Shown here in pieces: positions 1 to 10,171 of a stretch of DNA of 46,657 nt. The stretch's first letter is position 1; every line of letters begins with the position of its first letter. The notes beneath the pieces are model-generated. The model was given only the letters and a program-made list of their open reading frames with translations, was not told the origin of the DNA and made no database searches. The translations under genes were made by a program, and so were the position numbers. This stretch comes from an uncultured Candidatus Peribacteria bacterium (GTDB taxonomy: Bacteria; Patescibacteriota; Gracilibacteria; BD1-5; JAGOOR01), in the NCBI GenBank assembly GCA_964630285.1, contig CAZVRL010000004.1, positions 1 through 46,657 of the forward strand, written 5' to 3'.

Positions 1-140
1 ACCACTGAAAGCATCTAAGTGGGAAACTCACCTCAAGATGAGATATCAGACCCCTCGGAGAATACGAGGTTGATAGGTCGCAGGTGTACGGACAGCAATG
101 TCTTCAGCCGAGCGATACTAACGGTCATATTTGTATTTCT
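1..140 (+). rRNA. rrl: 23S rRNA, 3'-terminal ~140 nt (gene begins upstream of window)
   Basis: Conserved 23S 3' domain strings are present: ACTGAAAGCATCTAAG, GTTGATAGG, GATACTAAC. The exact 3' end is approximate. Confidence 0.9.
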
Positions 141-230
141 TCCGCTTTTGTGTGCATTTCGCTATTATTGTAATTTACTCATCGTAACTTTTTCTTCAGA
201 TTATGACAACACTTTGTGTTGTCTCGAGTG

Positions 231-344
231 TCTTGGTGCTTCTAACGCGGGTGTTCACCTGTTCTCATTCCGAACACAGAAGTTAAGCCCCGTCGTGCCG
301 ATGGTAGTGCTCATTTGAGTGCGAGAGTAGGTAGGTGCCAGGAC
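231..344 (+). rRNA. rrf: 5S rRNA
   Basis: Contains CCGAACACAGAAGTTAAGCC...GCCGATGGTAGT...GAGAGTAGG. The terminal helix pairs CTTGGTGC with GGTGCCAGG. Length ~113 nt. Confidence 0.9.
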
Positions 345-365
345 TTTCGAGATAACAATATTAAA

Positions 366-395
366 CCCTCCAGCAATGGAGGGTTTTTTGTTTTT
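366..395 (+). terminator. Rho-independent terminator of the rRNA operon
   Basis: CCCTCC-agcaat-GGAGGG hairpin followed by TTTTTTGTTTTT. Confidence 0.7.
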
Positions 396-529
396 CATTT
401 TTTTTTGCATATACTTGTCTCATGGAGCTTCTCTCAGAACCAAACTGGAGATGAGATGCGCCAGATGACCTCTGGATGGAGTGTTATCTGCGTGCTTCAT
501 GAGATCATCGTCGGATGATACATGAGATC

Positions 530-823
530 ATGAAGAAGCATTGCCTCACCACACGAGAAGCCGTACAAAAACTCTATAAATGCGACGAAGAGTCTGCCCT
601 GCATGATACTATCCCCTGAGAGTGGAATACGCCCGTTATACAGCTATTACGAGAGCGAGAAGTACTTCGTACTATCGGACATGAATTTGATGGCCTCGTC
701 GCTGCAACTCACGCAGAACCAGCGCAGTTTGATGCAGCTATTCATAGACGAGAACAAGTAGAGAAATTTCTCTCATGACCGAGGGATATACAGGGTGGAG
801 ATGTACACCTCCGAAAGATATAG
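530..823 (+). CDS. Hypothetical protein, 97 aa (two in-frame TGA)
   Basis: ATG at 530, TAG at 821-823, open only if TGA is sense. No recognisable motif. GC is higher than its surroundings, so it could be a gene remnant. Confidence 0.3.
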
Positions 824-862
824 TTTTCGTTGAGAAAAGTGGGGAATGGATATAATCGAATC

Positions 863-3800
863 ATGTCTTCTCAAATTGCATCGTATCTCTCAAAAGTTGC
901 TCAATCTCTCGCATCTGGTCATGCGACAGAACATAGTTATCGTCCTGAACTTCGAGACCTTTTTGTCGCCCTGACAAAATATAATGTCATCAATGAACCC
1001 AAGGGAAGTGAACACGGAAAACCAGATTTTATTTTCCTCTCAGGACAGTGAGCGGAGCTTTTTCCTGTAGCGTATGGGGAAGCAAAGGATATACACGTCA
1101 ATCTTGAAAAGACGACTAAAAGTGAACAGCTTGCACGATATTTCGGATATGCCAGGTTGATACTCACAAATGGTATTGAGTTTCGATTCTTCAAAAATGG
1201 TTCGCCTTATGGTGAGCCAGTTATACTTGCGACAAAAGATGGAAGTGTTTTAAAACTCCACGAAGAAAAATTTAATGTTTTTGTTGATACGCTCTCTGCA
1301 TTTCTCACTGAATCGGTTGACTCAATTCGTTCGTCGAAACACCTCGCACAAATCATGGGGGGTAAGGCTCGACGCATCCGTGACAATCTCCGCGAAATGC
1401 TCACCGAAGTAAATCGTACAGCAGGAAAATATGCAGATATATTCGCACTCTATGATATTTTCAAAAAAGAAATTCTTCATGATTTGGATTATCACAACTT
1501 CGCAGACCTCTATGCTCAGACGCTCGTCTATGGACTCTTCGTCGCACGATACAATGATACAACGCCAGAGAATTTTACACGTTCAGAGGCTCGTGACCTC
1601 GTCCCAAAAAGTAATCCACTTCTCCGAAAATTCTTCGACCATATAGCAGGTGAGGGATTTGAGAAACGACTCGGATATATCGTCGATGAACTCTGTGAAG
1701 TCTTTGCTCATGCAGATGTACGAGCACTGATGCATGGACTCTACCAAAAAGCGGATATCGAGACACACGATCCTGTGATTCATTTCTATGAAGACTTCCT
1801 CGGAGAATATGATGCGAGCATGCGAAAGCAGCGATGAGTCTTCTATACTCCTGCACCAGTCGTACGATTTATTGTGCGGGCTGTGGATGATATTCTCAAG
1901 ACTCATTTCTGACTCAAGAGAGGGCTTGCTGACACGAGCAAAATCAAACACGAGACGATGGGGCATGTGACCGACAAACGAGGAAAAATGTCGACAAAAT
2001 CCCTCACAGAAGAAGTTCATCGTGTGCAAATCCTCGACCCTGCCACAGGAACAGGAACATTTCTCAATGAAGTTATCAGACACATTCACGGAAGTATGAA
2101 AGACCAAGCGGGAATATGGCCATCCTATGTCCAAAATGACCTCATCCCACGACTTCACGGATTTGAGCTGATGATGGCGAGCTACACTATCGCACATCTG
2201 AAACTCTGACTCACGCTTGCAGAAACTGGCGTCTCTGAACTCGACCAGCGTCTCCAAGTCTATCTCACCAACTCTCTCGAAGAAGCAAAGACCAATCGTG
2301 AGACACAAGGTACTCTCTTCTGACTTGCTGAGAGTATCACAAGAGAGGGGCAGTATGCTGATGAGGTGAAAGCGGATAAGCCTGTGATGGTAATTGTCGG
2401 CAATCCTCCGTACTCTGTGAGTAGCTCAAATACTGGACCATGGATTCTTAATCTTATAAAAGACTACAAACAGTGACTCTGAGAGAAGAAGATAAATCTC
2501 GATGACGACTACATAAAATTTATACGATTCTGAGAAGATCTTATAGAAAAAAATGGAGAATGAGTTCTCGCTTATATCTCAAATAATTCATTCATTTGAG
2601 GCATTACACATCGACAAATGAGAAAACATCTGATGCAAACGTTTGATGAAATTTATATTCTTGATTTACATGGGAATTCAAGAAATTTAGATATAAACCC
2701 GAATGGCTGAGTAGATGAAAATGTTTTTGATATAATGCAGGGCGTAAGTATTAATATTTTTATAAAGAAAAAGAATAAAGAATTAAAAAATCTTGCGGGT
2801 ATTTTTCATTTGGATCTTTACTGAAAGAGGGATTTAAAATATAAATGGCTTGAAGAAAATTCAATTGATAATTTTAAGAAACTAACTGTTGAAGATCCTT
2901 ATTATTTCTTTGTTCCAAAAGATTTCTCAGGTCAAGAAGAATATGAAAAATTCTTTTGAGTGGAAGAGCTATTTTGATTATTCTGTTCATGAGTTCAGAC
3001 AGATAGAGACCCCCTATTTATAGAAAATAATAAGAATACTCTTACTAGTAGAATTCAAGTTCTTTTATCGAAAAATTATTCTCAGGAGTTTGCGACTCAA
3101 TATAATATAAAAGATTCATCAGGATATAATTTGATTTCAAGAATTAATAATTCTAACTTTAATGAATCAAATATTCAAAAAATTAATTATAGGCCTTTTG
3201 ACACAAGGTTTATATATTATGACCCAAAACTTATCAGCCGTGCTGGTTATGAATCTAACAAAAATTTACTAAAAGAGAATATTGGATTGATAGCTAAGAG
3301 GGGTTTTGATGAATGAAAAACTTCCCCATGCTTTGTAACAAAAAATATTTCCGATCGTCGTGGCTGGAGCCGTCCGTGAATGCAATGAGCAGAGCAAATT
3401 TTTCCTCTTTATCTTTACTCTGATTCAGAGAATTTGGAGAATCAGACACGAACACCGAATCTGAACGAGACGATTTGGTCAGCGATTAATGCGATTGTCG
3501 GTGAGACGACACCAGAGCAGATTTTAGATTATATTTATGCCGTGCTTCATTCACCATTGTACCGTGAGAAATACAAAGAGTTTCTAAAGATTGATTTCCC
3601 ACGAGTACCATATCCGCGAGATCGTGAGAGTTTCCTCGCGCTTGTCGCATTTGGTGGAGAGCTTCGGGCTTTGCATCTCCTAGAGTCTTCAAAAGTAGAG
3701 GATTTTATCACTTCCTATCCTGTTGCAGGAGATAATGTGGTGGAGAATGTTAAATATGTTGATGAAAAAGTATTTATCAATCCAACGCAATACTTCGGTG

Positions 3801-3982
3801 GCGTTTCAGAGTCTGTCTGGGCTCATCCGATAGGTGGTTATATGCCTGCTCAGAAATGGCTCAAAGACCGCAAAGGTCGTACACTGACCAATGATGACAT
3901 CATGCACTATCAGCGAATGATTGTCGCCCTTTCTGAAACTGCGAGAGTGATGGAGGAGGTGGATAGAGTTATTAAGATTTAA
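863..3982 (+). CDS. Type IIG/IIL restriction-modification fusion: N-terminal PD-(D/E)xK nuclease, gamma-class N6-adenine methyltransferase, C-terminal specificity domain
   Basis: Five ORF-track fragments of >=60 aa (830, 1157, 1958, 3131, 3434), all in frame 2, plus shorter pieces, join only through TGA. Motifs seen: KPDFIF...GEAKD (nuclease), RKQR-TGA-VFYTP, DPATGTGTF (motif I), VGNPPY (motif IV). Alternative TTG start at 830. Confidence 0.85.
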
Positions 3983-3984
3983 TT

Positions 3985-4854
3985 ATGGATTATCAAAAAA
4001 TACCTCCTAAATATAAAGCATTATTACGTAGATTAGATGACCCTGAAGATAACTGCGATGACTTAACCTATAATGAGCTTAACTTCTTAAGAGATCAATG
4101 ATTTCTTGATTTTACTTATTCAGATGATAATGGTTTGATATGGAGAAATGTGAAGGAGGCCGGGAAAATATTTATTGAAGATAATAACAATAGTCCTGAT
4201 ATGAACAAAGAGACTTATGCGTTTGATGTTTTGTGGCGGAATGTACTTCTTGTTGATGATACGTTAAAACAAATTATTTTTATTGATAATATTTTATTAG
4301 AAGATGAATATAACACAGAAAAAACATATCAAATTTTAAATCTCGACGAAAAAAAACTTCAAGAAGTTTTAAAGAAGACTCAGGAAATAGATTTATTTAA
4401 GCCTCATTTAGTAAATGACCTATATGAGTTATTTTTTATCTATAGAGCCTTTTTTCTTAGAATATATTTGCAATATGAGAAGTGAACAAGAAATAAAAAT
4501 ATTATTAAATGGATCCATGATAAGGCTAATACAGACAGGCTCCAAAAACATCTAGGTGAAGATTTTATGTCCGATATTTTATCTCGAAATTTATGATGAC
4601 TTACTCTCATTTCTCAAAAGTTTCATAATATGATTATTCAAAATAAGCCAAAAAATATACCAAAAACTATTCATGTCGAGAATAATTTTGGCAATATTGC
4701 TTGAACTAATTCTGGTTATCAAGAAGTCAATAATGGTATAAAAAATACCTATAAAAATAGTAAAAGTTGGCAAGATAATATCTGAATATATCTCTTTGTA
4801 TCAATTATTCTCATCGTAGTGTGATTTCTTATTGAGTATTATTTTTTCAAATAA
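3985..4854 (+). CDS. Hypothetical protein, 289 aa, with C-terminal transmembrane anchor; translationally coupled to the RM gene
   Basis: ATG lies 2 nt after the RM stop. Frame 1 stays open across several TGA to TAA at 4852-4854. Very AT-rich. The tail IGIYLFVSIILIVVGFLIEYYFF is hydrophobic. Confidence 0.6.
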
Positions 4855-4859
4855 ATAAA

Positions 4860-4878
4860 CCCCCGCAAGTTGCGGGGG
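4860..4878 (-). terminator. GC-rich hairpin terminator (works best for the minus-strand yegP-like gene; possibly bidirectional)
   Basis: CCCCCGCAA-g-TTGCGGGGG. On the minus strand it is followed by TTTATTTATTT. Confidence 0.55.
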
Positions 4879-4896
4879 CTATTCAGATTGCAAGGA

Positions 4897-5058
4897 TTAC
4901 TTTGATGCTCTTACGAGGGCATCTCGAACCAAAAGTGCATTGCTGGCACAATCCTGACGGTTTATGAAGCCTTCAGAGCTTGCACCAACGATGCGACCGT
5001 TGGAACCAGTAATTCTCCATCTATACTCCTTGTTTGGAGCTTGGTAGATTTCAAACAT
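4897..5058 (-). CDS. YegP/DUF1508-family small protein (53 aa)
   Basis: MFEIYQAPNKEYRWRITGSNGRIVGASSEGFINRQDCASNALLVRDALVRASK fits the DUF1508 pattern (FEIY..., YRWR, NG.I...SEG....). It is below the 60-aa cut-off of the ORF track. Confidence 0.65.
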   Translation of the reverse strand: MFEIYQAPNKEYRWRITGSNGRIVGASSEGFINRQDCASNALLVRDALVRASK

Positions 5059-5285
5059 AACTGTTGAAAATTAAGAAATAAATCTTGATTTTTCAACCAT
5101 TGCGGATACGATTGTTTTGCCGAAACAGTATCTCTCTTGGTGAAAATCAAGGGAGATTTTTTAATCTCCGAAGGGAAGTATAGAGCATCTTTATAAAAAA
5201 TCAACAATTATTTATCATATTTTTTATGTATTTGTATCAAAAATGAACATTTATAACTGTAAATAGAAAATAATGTAAAAATACT

Positions 5286-5313
5286 TTGCAAAAATGATAT
5301 TTTATTATATACT
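5286..5313 (+). promoter_or_regulatory. Sigma-70-like promoter TTGCAA-16-TATACT; the -10 ends 6 nt before ATG 5320 (leaderless geometry)
   Basis: TTGCAA at 5286-5291 and TATACT at 5308-5313. No purine-rich SD before the ATG. Confidence 0.4.
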
Positions 5314-5319
5314 CCCGCC

Positions 5320-5988
5320 ATGACTACTTTTTCTCTTCGTGACCTTCGAGAAAAGCATAATTTTACTCAGGAGCAAATGGCTCAAATTATAGGCATTTCT
5401 CGACCTACCTATATTCGTCTTGAGGGTGATCGTACTGATCTCTCCTTTAAGCAAGCCCAAAAAATCGCAGAATATTTCCATATTTCTCTCGATGATTTGG
5501 CTCAAGAATCACACCCATTTGATAAGCAAAAATATCGAGATATTTTGACAGCATGTATTCAGTGTGGAAGTGATTCTGACGGTAAAATAACAAAAACAAA
5601 GCTTGCTAAACTTGCATATCTTGTTGATTTTGGATGGTTTTATAAACATCTAGAGCCTATGAGTGGAGTTATATACAAAAAAATAGCTCAATGACCAGTG
5701 CCAGATGTTTTTTTTGGTATGATAGATGAATTGTATGAAGATGGTGTTATTAATATTCAGATTAAGGGGCTTGCTCAAATGATAGCCAATAATGAAACTC
5801 CTTCTACTGAGACGCTTTCCACAGATGAGAAAAAATTTATATCTTCAGTCTGTGAGAAGTGGAAAGGAAAAAATACAAAAGAAATAGTAGAATTTGCTCA
5901 CTCTCAACTTCCATGGAGAATAGCCCAAGATAATGAAGAGATACCATACGAGCTTATTACTCAAGAAGAGCCTGAACATGTCTACTAA
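5320..5988 (+). CDS. HTH (XRE)-Panacea/DUF4065 (SocA-like) antitoxin, PanA type
   Basis: N-terminal FTQEQMAQIIGISRPTYIRLE helix-turn-helix. KTKLAKLAYLVDF...YKKIAQ-TGA-PVPDVFF matches the DUF4065 core (GPV). One in-frame TGA at 5695-5697. Confidence 0.8.
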
Positions 5989-6382
5989 ATATACGGTCAT
6001 TATTCGAGATTTTGCACAGCGTCATTTTATTGATGAGTTTGAGAAAAAGCACAAAAAAGCATGGCAGATTACATGGACAGCTTATGCTGTGATGTTATCA
6101 AATATAGAAGAACTTCTGAAGACAACAAAAGCTGAAAAAATTTGCTCAAATCGACATGAACATATTGTGAAATGTGAATTTGCCATTGCTGGTCGCGGAG
6201 AGTCTCCTCATGCTTCAGGCAATAGGATGATAGCGTATATGAATTCAGAAACACATGTTTGTGAGATTCTCCTTGTTTATGGCAAAACAAATATTTCTGG
6301 GAATCATGAAACTGCCTGGTGGCATAATACTATTTTTGATTTTCATGAGGATCTTAGGATTCTTTTGTGAAAAAGAAGATAA
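5978..6382 (+). CDS. Putative toxin partner of the Panacea antitoxin (134 aa, fold uncertain, possibly RelE/ParE-like)
   Basis: ATG at 5978 overlaps the antitoxin stop by 11 nt. Small and basic. ILLVYGK...ETAWW resembles RelE/ParE-type C-termini. Reads through TGA at 6368 to TAA at 6380-6382. Confidence 0.5.
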
Positions 6383-6393
6383 TTCTTCCATTT

Positions 6394-7317
6394 TTATTTC
6401 TCCCCGTACTCCCTGTAATTTGCGAGTATCTGTGCGAGTTGTGCTCGGTGTTCTGCTGTGAAGCTGTTCATAGGCATCGTTTCGAGGATATCCATGATAT
6501 GACGATGGATGATGCCGAGATCGGTTTCAGGATTTTCGCACGAGACGCAGAGATAGGTACCAGTCATACAACCAAATGTTCCGACGACGACCGCTGTTCC
6601 TGCCATACGCTTTGAGAGTTCTCGTTCGATATATTGCGAGAGGTAATAACTAAACCGTGGATCGAGGGTGAGACGAGTATCTGCATGATCAGTCTTTGGC
6701 TTCAGGAGTCGTAGATCACAGACGACAGCTTTTGTATGGTTGCTTGTTTGTGTGTGTGCTTCGACGGTGACAGTATCAGTTTTGACGCTTCTGAGGGCTG
6801 TCTGTGCTGCGTCAGGATCGTGGAAGTCAAATTGCCCACACTGTGCTGCTGTCGCAAAAGGAATACCACGAAAACCCTCTTTATCGCCATTGCCTGCTTT
6901 GACTGTATCGAGATATTTGATAGCAGTATCGACAGAGGCACTGATAGCGTTTCTGAGTGTCTCGGTGTCGAGCTCGACGAGAGACGTGATACGAAATCCA
7001 TACGAGCCATCCTGAAATTCATATGGTGAGACATCGAGAATCATCTTTGGATCGAGTCATGAGACTGCTTGTGAGAGGCTCGCTCGGAGACTCCCTGTAT
7101 CAGGTGCGTAGGCGAGGAGGTGTTCGTTTGTATGAATGCCCGCATGAAATGCCTGGTAGTCTGCGTCTCCTGGTCTGCTGAAGAGGCGGAGAGCGTAGGT
7201 GTGGACGGTGAGCGTATCGCTTCCTCCGTCGATGTGTTTATCGGCTTTGAGTGTCCCACCCGTCATGACGGTGTGGTCTTTATCCTTTGAATGGAGTCCT
7301 GCGTTGATGGTTATCAT
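6394..7317 (-). CDS. luxS: Tandem LuxS-LuxS fusion (S-ribosylhomocysteine lyase-like, 307 aa)
   Basis: The N-half carries GIHTNEHLLAY (HxxEH) and IPFATAAQCGQFDFHD (metal Cys). The C-half carries VVCDLRLL and GTFGCMTGTYLCV (GCxTGxY) but has no HxxEH. ORFs 7057..7317 and 6394..7044 are joined by one in-frame TGA. Confidence 0.75.
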
Positions 7318-7318
7318 A

Positions 7319-7957
7319 TTAGCTATTTACTATGAATTCGAGGATAAAAGGGAGATGTCGTACGACACGTTCTCCTGCGTGGAGGTTTTGAAAGAAGTTT
7401 TCTCCTGCGGATTCATCTGCATTATCTGAGATGATCTTGAGAGAGATAAGCGGTTTCTGATAGTGATGTGCGACTTTGGCGAGAGCGGCTCATTCCATAT
7501 CGACGAGTTGTCCACCTTTTGTCTGGAGTATTTCTCGAGTACTTCATGAGGCAACGAATTGATCGCCCGTGACGAGGACTCATGACTTCAGTTCTGGGTG
7601 TTCGACCGTGAGGAGATCAAAGAGTGGATAGAGTCTTTTTTGTGCTTCATCATCTCCCTCGATGAGACCATCGTGTTCGATGGTGTGTTTCACGACGACG
7701 ACATCACCGAACTCGAGATGGGGTGAGAGACTGCCCGCGAGGCCGATATTGATGATAGCATCGATAGGATACTGTTCGAGGACTTTTGTCAGTGTCATCG
7801 CGGCAGCGACTTTTCCAATCGAGCTTACCGCAAAGACATAATTCCCGTGTTCGACGATATCACCGGCTTTCAGGGCTTTTTCATAGCTCAGATACTTCGT
7901 GAGCGGGAGCATCTCTTCTGCCATAGCAGAGATAATGAGGATTTTTTTGTGGTGCAT
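7319..7957 (-). CDS. mtnN: 5'-methylthioadenosine/S-adenosylhomocysteine nucleosidase
   Basis: KILIISAMAEE, INIGLAGS, LVTGDQFV, VDME-TGA-AALA, ISDNADE. The stop lies 1 nt upstream of the luxS ATG. Confidence 0.85.
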
Positions 7958-7987
7958 GATGATATATTGTTTAGAACAGGCGGCGTT

Positions 7988-8015
7988 ATTGTACTTTTGA
8001 TTGCAAAAGTACCAA
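7988..8015 (-). promoter_or_regulatory. Promoter (TTGGTA-16-TACAAT) whose spacer is a perfect 9-bp-arm dyad GTACTTTTG-N4-CAAAAGTAC; upstream of mtnN-luxS
   Basis: Dyad at 7991-8012. A near-identical copy lies at 35290-35318. Confidence 0.35.
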
Positions 8016-8119
8016 AACAATTCAAGGGGCAAAAACTCGGACTGTTTTCATCTCACGGTTCTGTATTTATGGACCTTAAACAGTTTGCCCCTTAAAAATC
8101 CTTTTCTGTTCGGATAAAA

Positions 8120-8635
8120 TTACAACTGTATAGCGGAAAATATCTCGTATTGTGGGAGCTTCTCGCGTCCTTTTAGAGGTGTTATTTCGATGAGCACTCC
8201 GCCGAAGACGGCGCTGGCACCATTATCTTTTGCGAGTTTGAGACTGGCCACAAGTGTTCCTCCTGTTGCGAGGACATCATCGATGACGAGGACTCTGTGC
8301 CCCTTCAGTATATCTTTTCTGATGGCCAAAGTCGCTGAACTATATTCATAATCAAACGATTCTTTCGCTACAAGCGTATCAGGGAGTTTACCGTCTTTGC
8401 GTATCATGACAAAAGGCAGTTGATATTTTTCAGCGAGCATGCCTCCGAGTATAAAACCTCGTGCATCTACACCAGCGATAGTGTCTATATTTTTCTCATG
8501 CATGAAACCTCTAAATGCTTCGAGTATTTCGTTTCGTGCTGGTACATCGAAGAGAAGTGGTGACATATCACGGAAGAGTACTCCAGGAGCTGGGAAATCG
8601 GGATAGTTCGTGAGGAGATGATTGTATTTTGACAT
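8120..8635 (-). CDS. apt: Adenine phosphoribosyltransferase
   Basis: FPAPGVLFRD, IAGVDARGF, VLVIDDVLATGGT (PRPP loop). Uninterrupted ORF. Confidence 0.9.
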   Translation of the reverse strand: MSKYNHLLTNYPDFPAPGVLFRDMSPLLFDVPARNEILEAFRGFMHEKNIDTIAGVDARGFILGGMLAEKYQLPFVMIRKDGKLPDTLVAKESFDYEYSSATLAIRKDILKGHRVLVIDDVLATGGTLVASLKLAKDNGASAVFGGVLIEITPLKGREKLPQYEIFSAIQL

Positions 8636-8713
8636 AGATTTGTACCATTGTAGACAAAACTCGTTCTTCTCAAGGTTTTATAATGAATTGACATAACTTG
8701 TTTTATTATAACA

Positions 8714-10168
8714 ATGTTATTTATTATGACTTTGCACAGTTCAGAATTAGATGACGAGAGTGTTGCCTATAAAGCCTTTTTGACTATACAGAGGGATTTT
8801 TATGAAACTCCTGCGAGAAATATTCCTGAATTTCTACCATTCAAGAAACCAAAGAAATTTGATATAAATAAAAGTAATTATGAGAGCCCAGTCCTGTCTA
8901 TGATTATTGATGCGGTGCGTCATGTTTCCAGAGAGATACTTCAGAAGCAGAATCCGGGTAAGTATATTTATGGTATGAACCTTTCTCCTGAAGAACTTGA
9001 GCGTATTTCTTGGAAAGTTTTTGCTCTTTTGCGTTTGGCTCCATTGCGTGATAAGGATCATGATGGGAAAACAGTTGCCCAGTATTATCCAGAAAGATAT
9101 CCTGATAATTTCTGAGAAAAAGGGCATATTGATATGACTCATAATCGTATTCTCGCGTTTGAAAAAAGATGAGCACAAGAACGAGTCGATAAACTCCAAA
9201 ATGCTCTCATGGATATCCTCGATAAACGATATACATATCTCGCAGAGTTATTCTCTACTCAAGAACCGCAAGAACAGGAACGTATCATGGCTCATATAGA
9301 GCGTTGCATGCAGGAGATCCATCCTATAAAGCGTGATATACATAGTCTCTGTGATCAGTTTCAGCTCCCCAATCAACTATTACCTGTGGAAACAGAAGAA
9401 GAATCTTCTTTGTCCCAGATAGTTCACTGGAATTACATTCAAAAACAAGAAACGGCACGTGCCGAATTTGAGCTTTCTGAGAATGAGAATGTTCTCCTTC
9501 CTTTTATTCCCCCGAGTTTTCGAGAAAAAGAATGGCCTCTATTTCATTTTACTTTTGTTTCTCCTGAAGAAATCGAAGAACATACTATGGGTGAATCAGA
9601 TGTATTTCGAGAGGATCTCCGCTTGCTGCGCGAACGATCTCTGGAGCGTAAGATGATGACAGGGTATTATATTCTTCAACAGCTTGCTCTCCATCGCCGT
9701 AAGAGAAACATACTTGATCCACAGCATGTTGCGCTCTTTACCCAGACAGTGAAAAAGCTCTCTATCGAAATAGACCTTCTCAGAAGAAAGCTCATGAATA
9801 AAAAAGGGAAAGAAGTAGGTATGAAACATCATCTCTCAGAGATTGATACACTTTTGGTATCAATGCAAAATGTACTACAAATTCCTCGGATGAACCCTGC
9901 AGTGTCTCAAATTATGCAGGGTATTCTGGAAATAATGAACGCTTTCTATTCCAGCTGTAATGCTATTTATGCCGATAAGCTTATTGATCCCCTTGAGATT
10001 GATGGATTGATTGATAATCTCCGTTTCGATACTCTCGAAAGATTACGAATGTATGAGGCTCAAATTATAGAAGCTGAGACTTCCTCGCCTCTTGGTGATG
10101 ATGATGATTTTCATAGGGTAGTAGATATGATATCTCGTGCTCTCGCATTTTTAGAAGGAGAAAAATAG
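8714..10168 (+). CDS. Hypothetical protein (~484 aa)
   Basis: ORFs 8714..9115 and 9209..10168 share frame 2 and are joined by two TGA. No recognisable domain. Alternative ATG at 8726. Confidence 0.6.
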
Positions 10169-10171
10169 TTT

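Noticed and set aside
1583-2308. Long antisense ORFs in the track: 1583..2308 (-), 15546..16244 (-), 18474..19088 (+), 21932..22336 (+), 22859..23404 (+), 27649..28227 (+), 37767..38327 (-), 39093..39584 (+).
   Set aside because: Each lies entirely opposite a gene with strong family motifs (RM enzyme, AI-2E transporter, MFS-like transporter, RNase J, ArgRS, Mfd, and the 238-aa ORF). Their translations are low-complexity with no motifs. They are shadow ORFs, which are favoured in genes poor in TAA/TAG on the opposite strand.
830-3982. Reading the fragmented ORFs as pseudogenes, a decayed genome or sequencing frameshifts.
   Set aside because: Every interruption is TGA. Fragments always stay in the same frame, no TAA or TAG occurs inside them, and the TGA positions coincide with conserved Gly. 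Random decay or indel errors would not produce this pattern.
4962-5207. 81-aa minus-strand ORF listed in the track.
   Set aside because: It has no motif and spans the promoter and hairpin region. The convincing gene here is the 53-aa YegP/DUF1508 ORF in another frame (4897..5058).
8013-8119. Riboswitch or ncRNA between apt and mtnN (long hairpin AAGGGGCAAA...TTTGCCCCTT), and apparent extra similarity (CTCGGACT) to the 35.4-kb element.
   Set aside because: The structure is most simply the apt terminator or attenuator preceding the mtnN promoter. The extra 8-nt match is too short to be meaningful.
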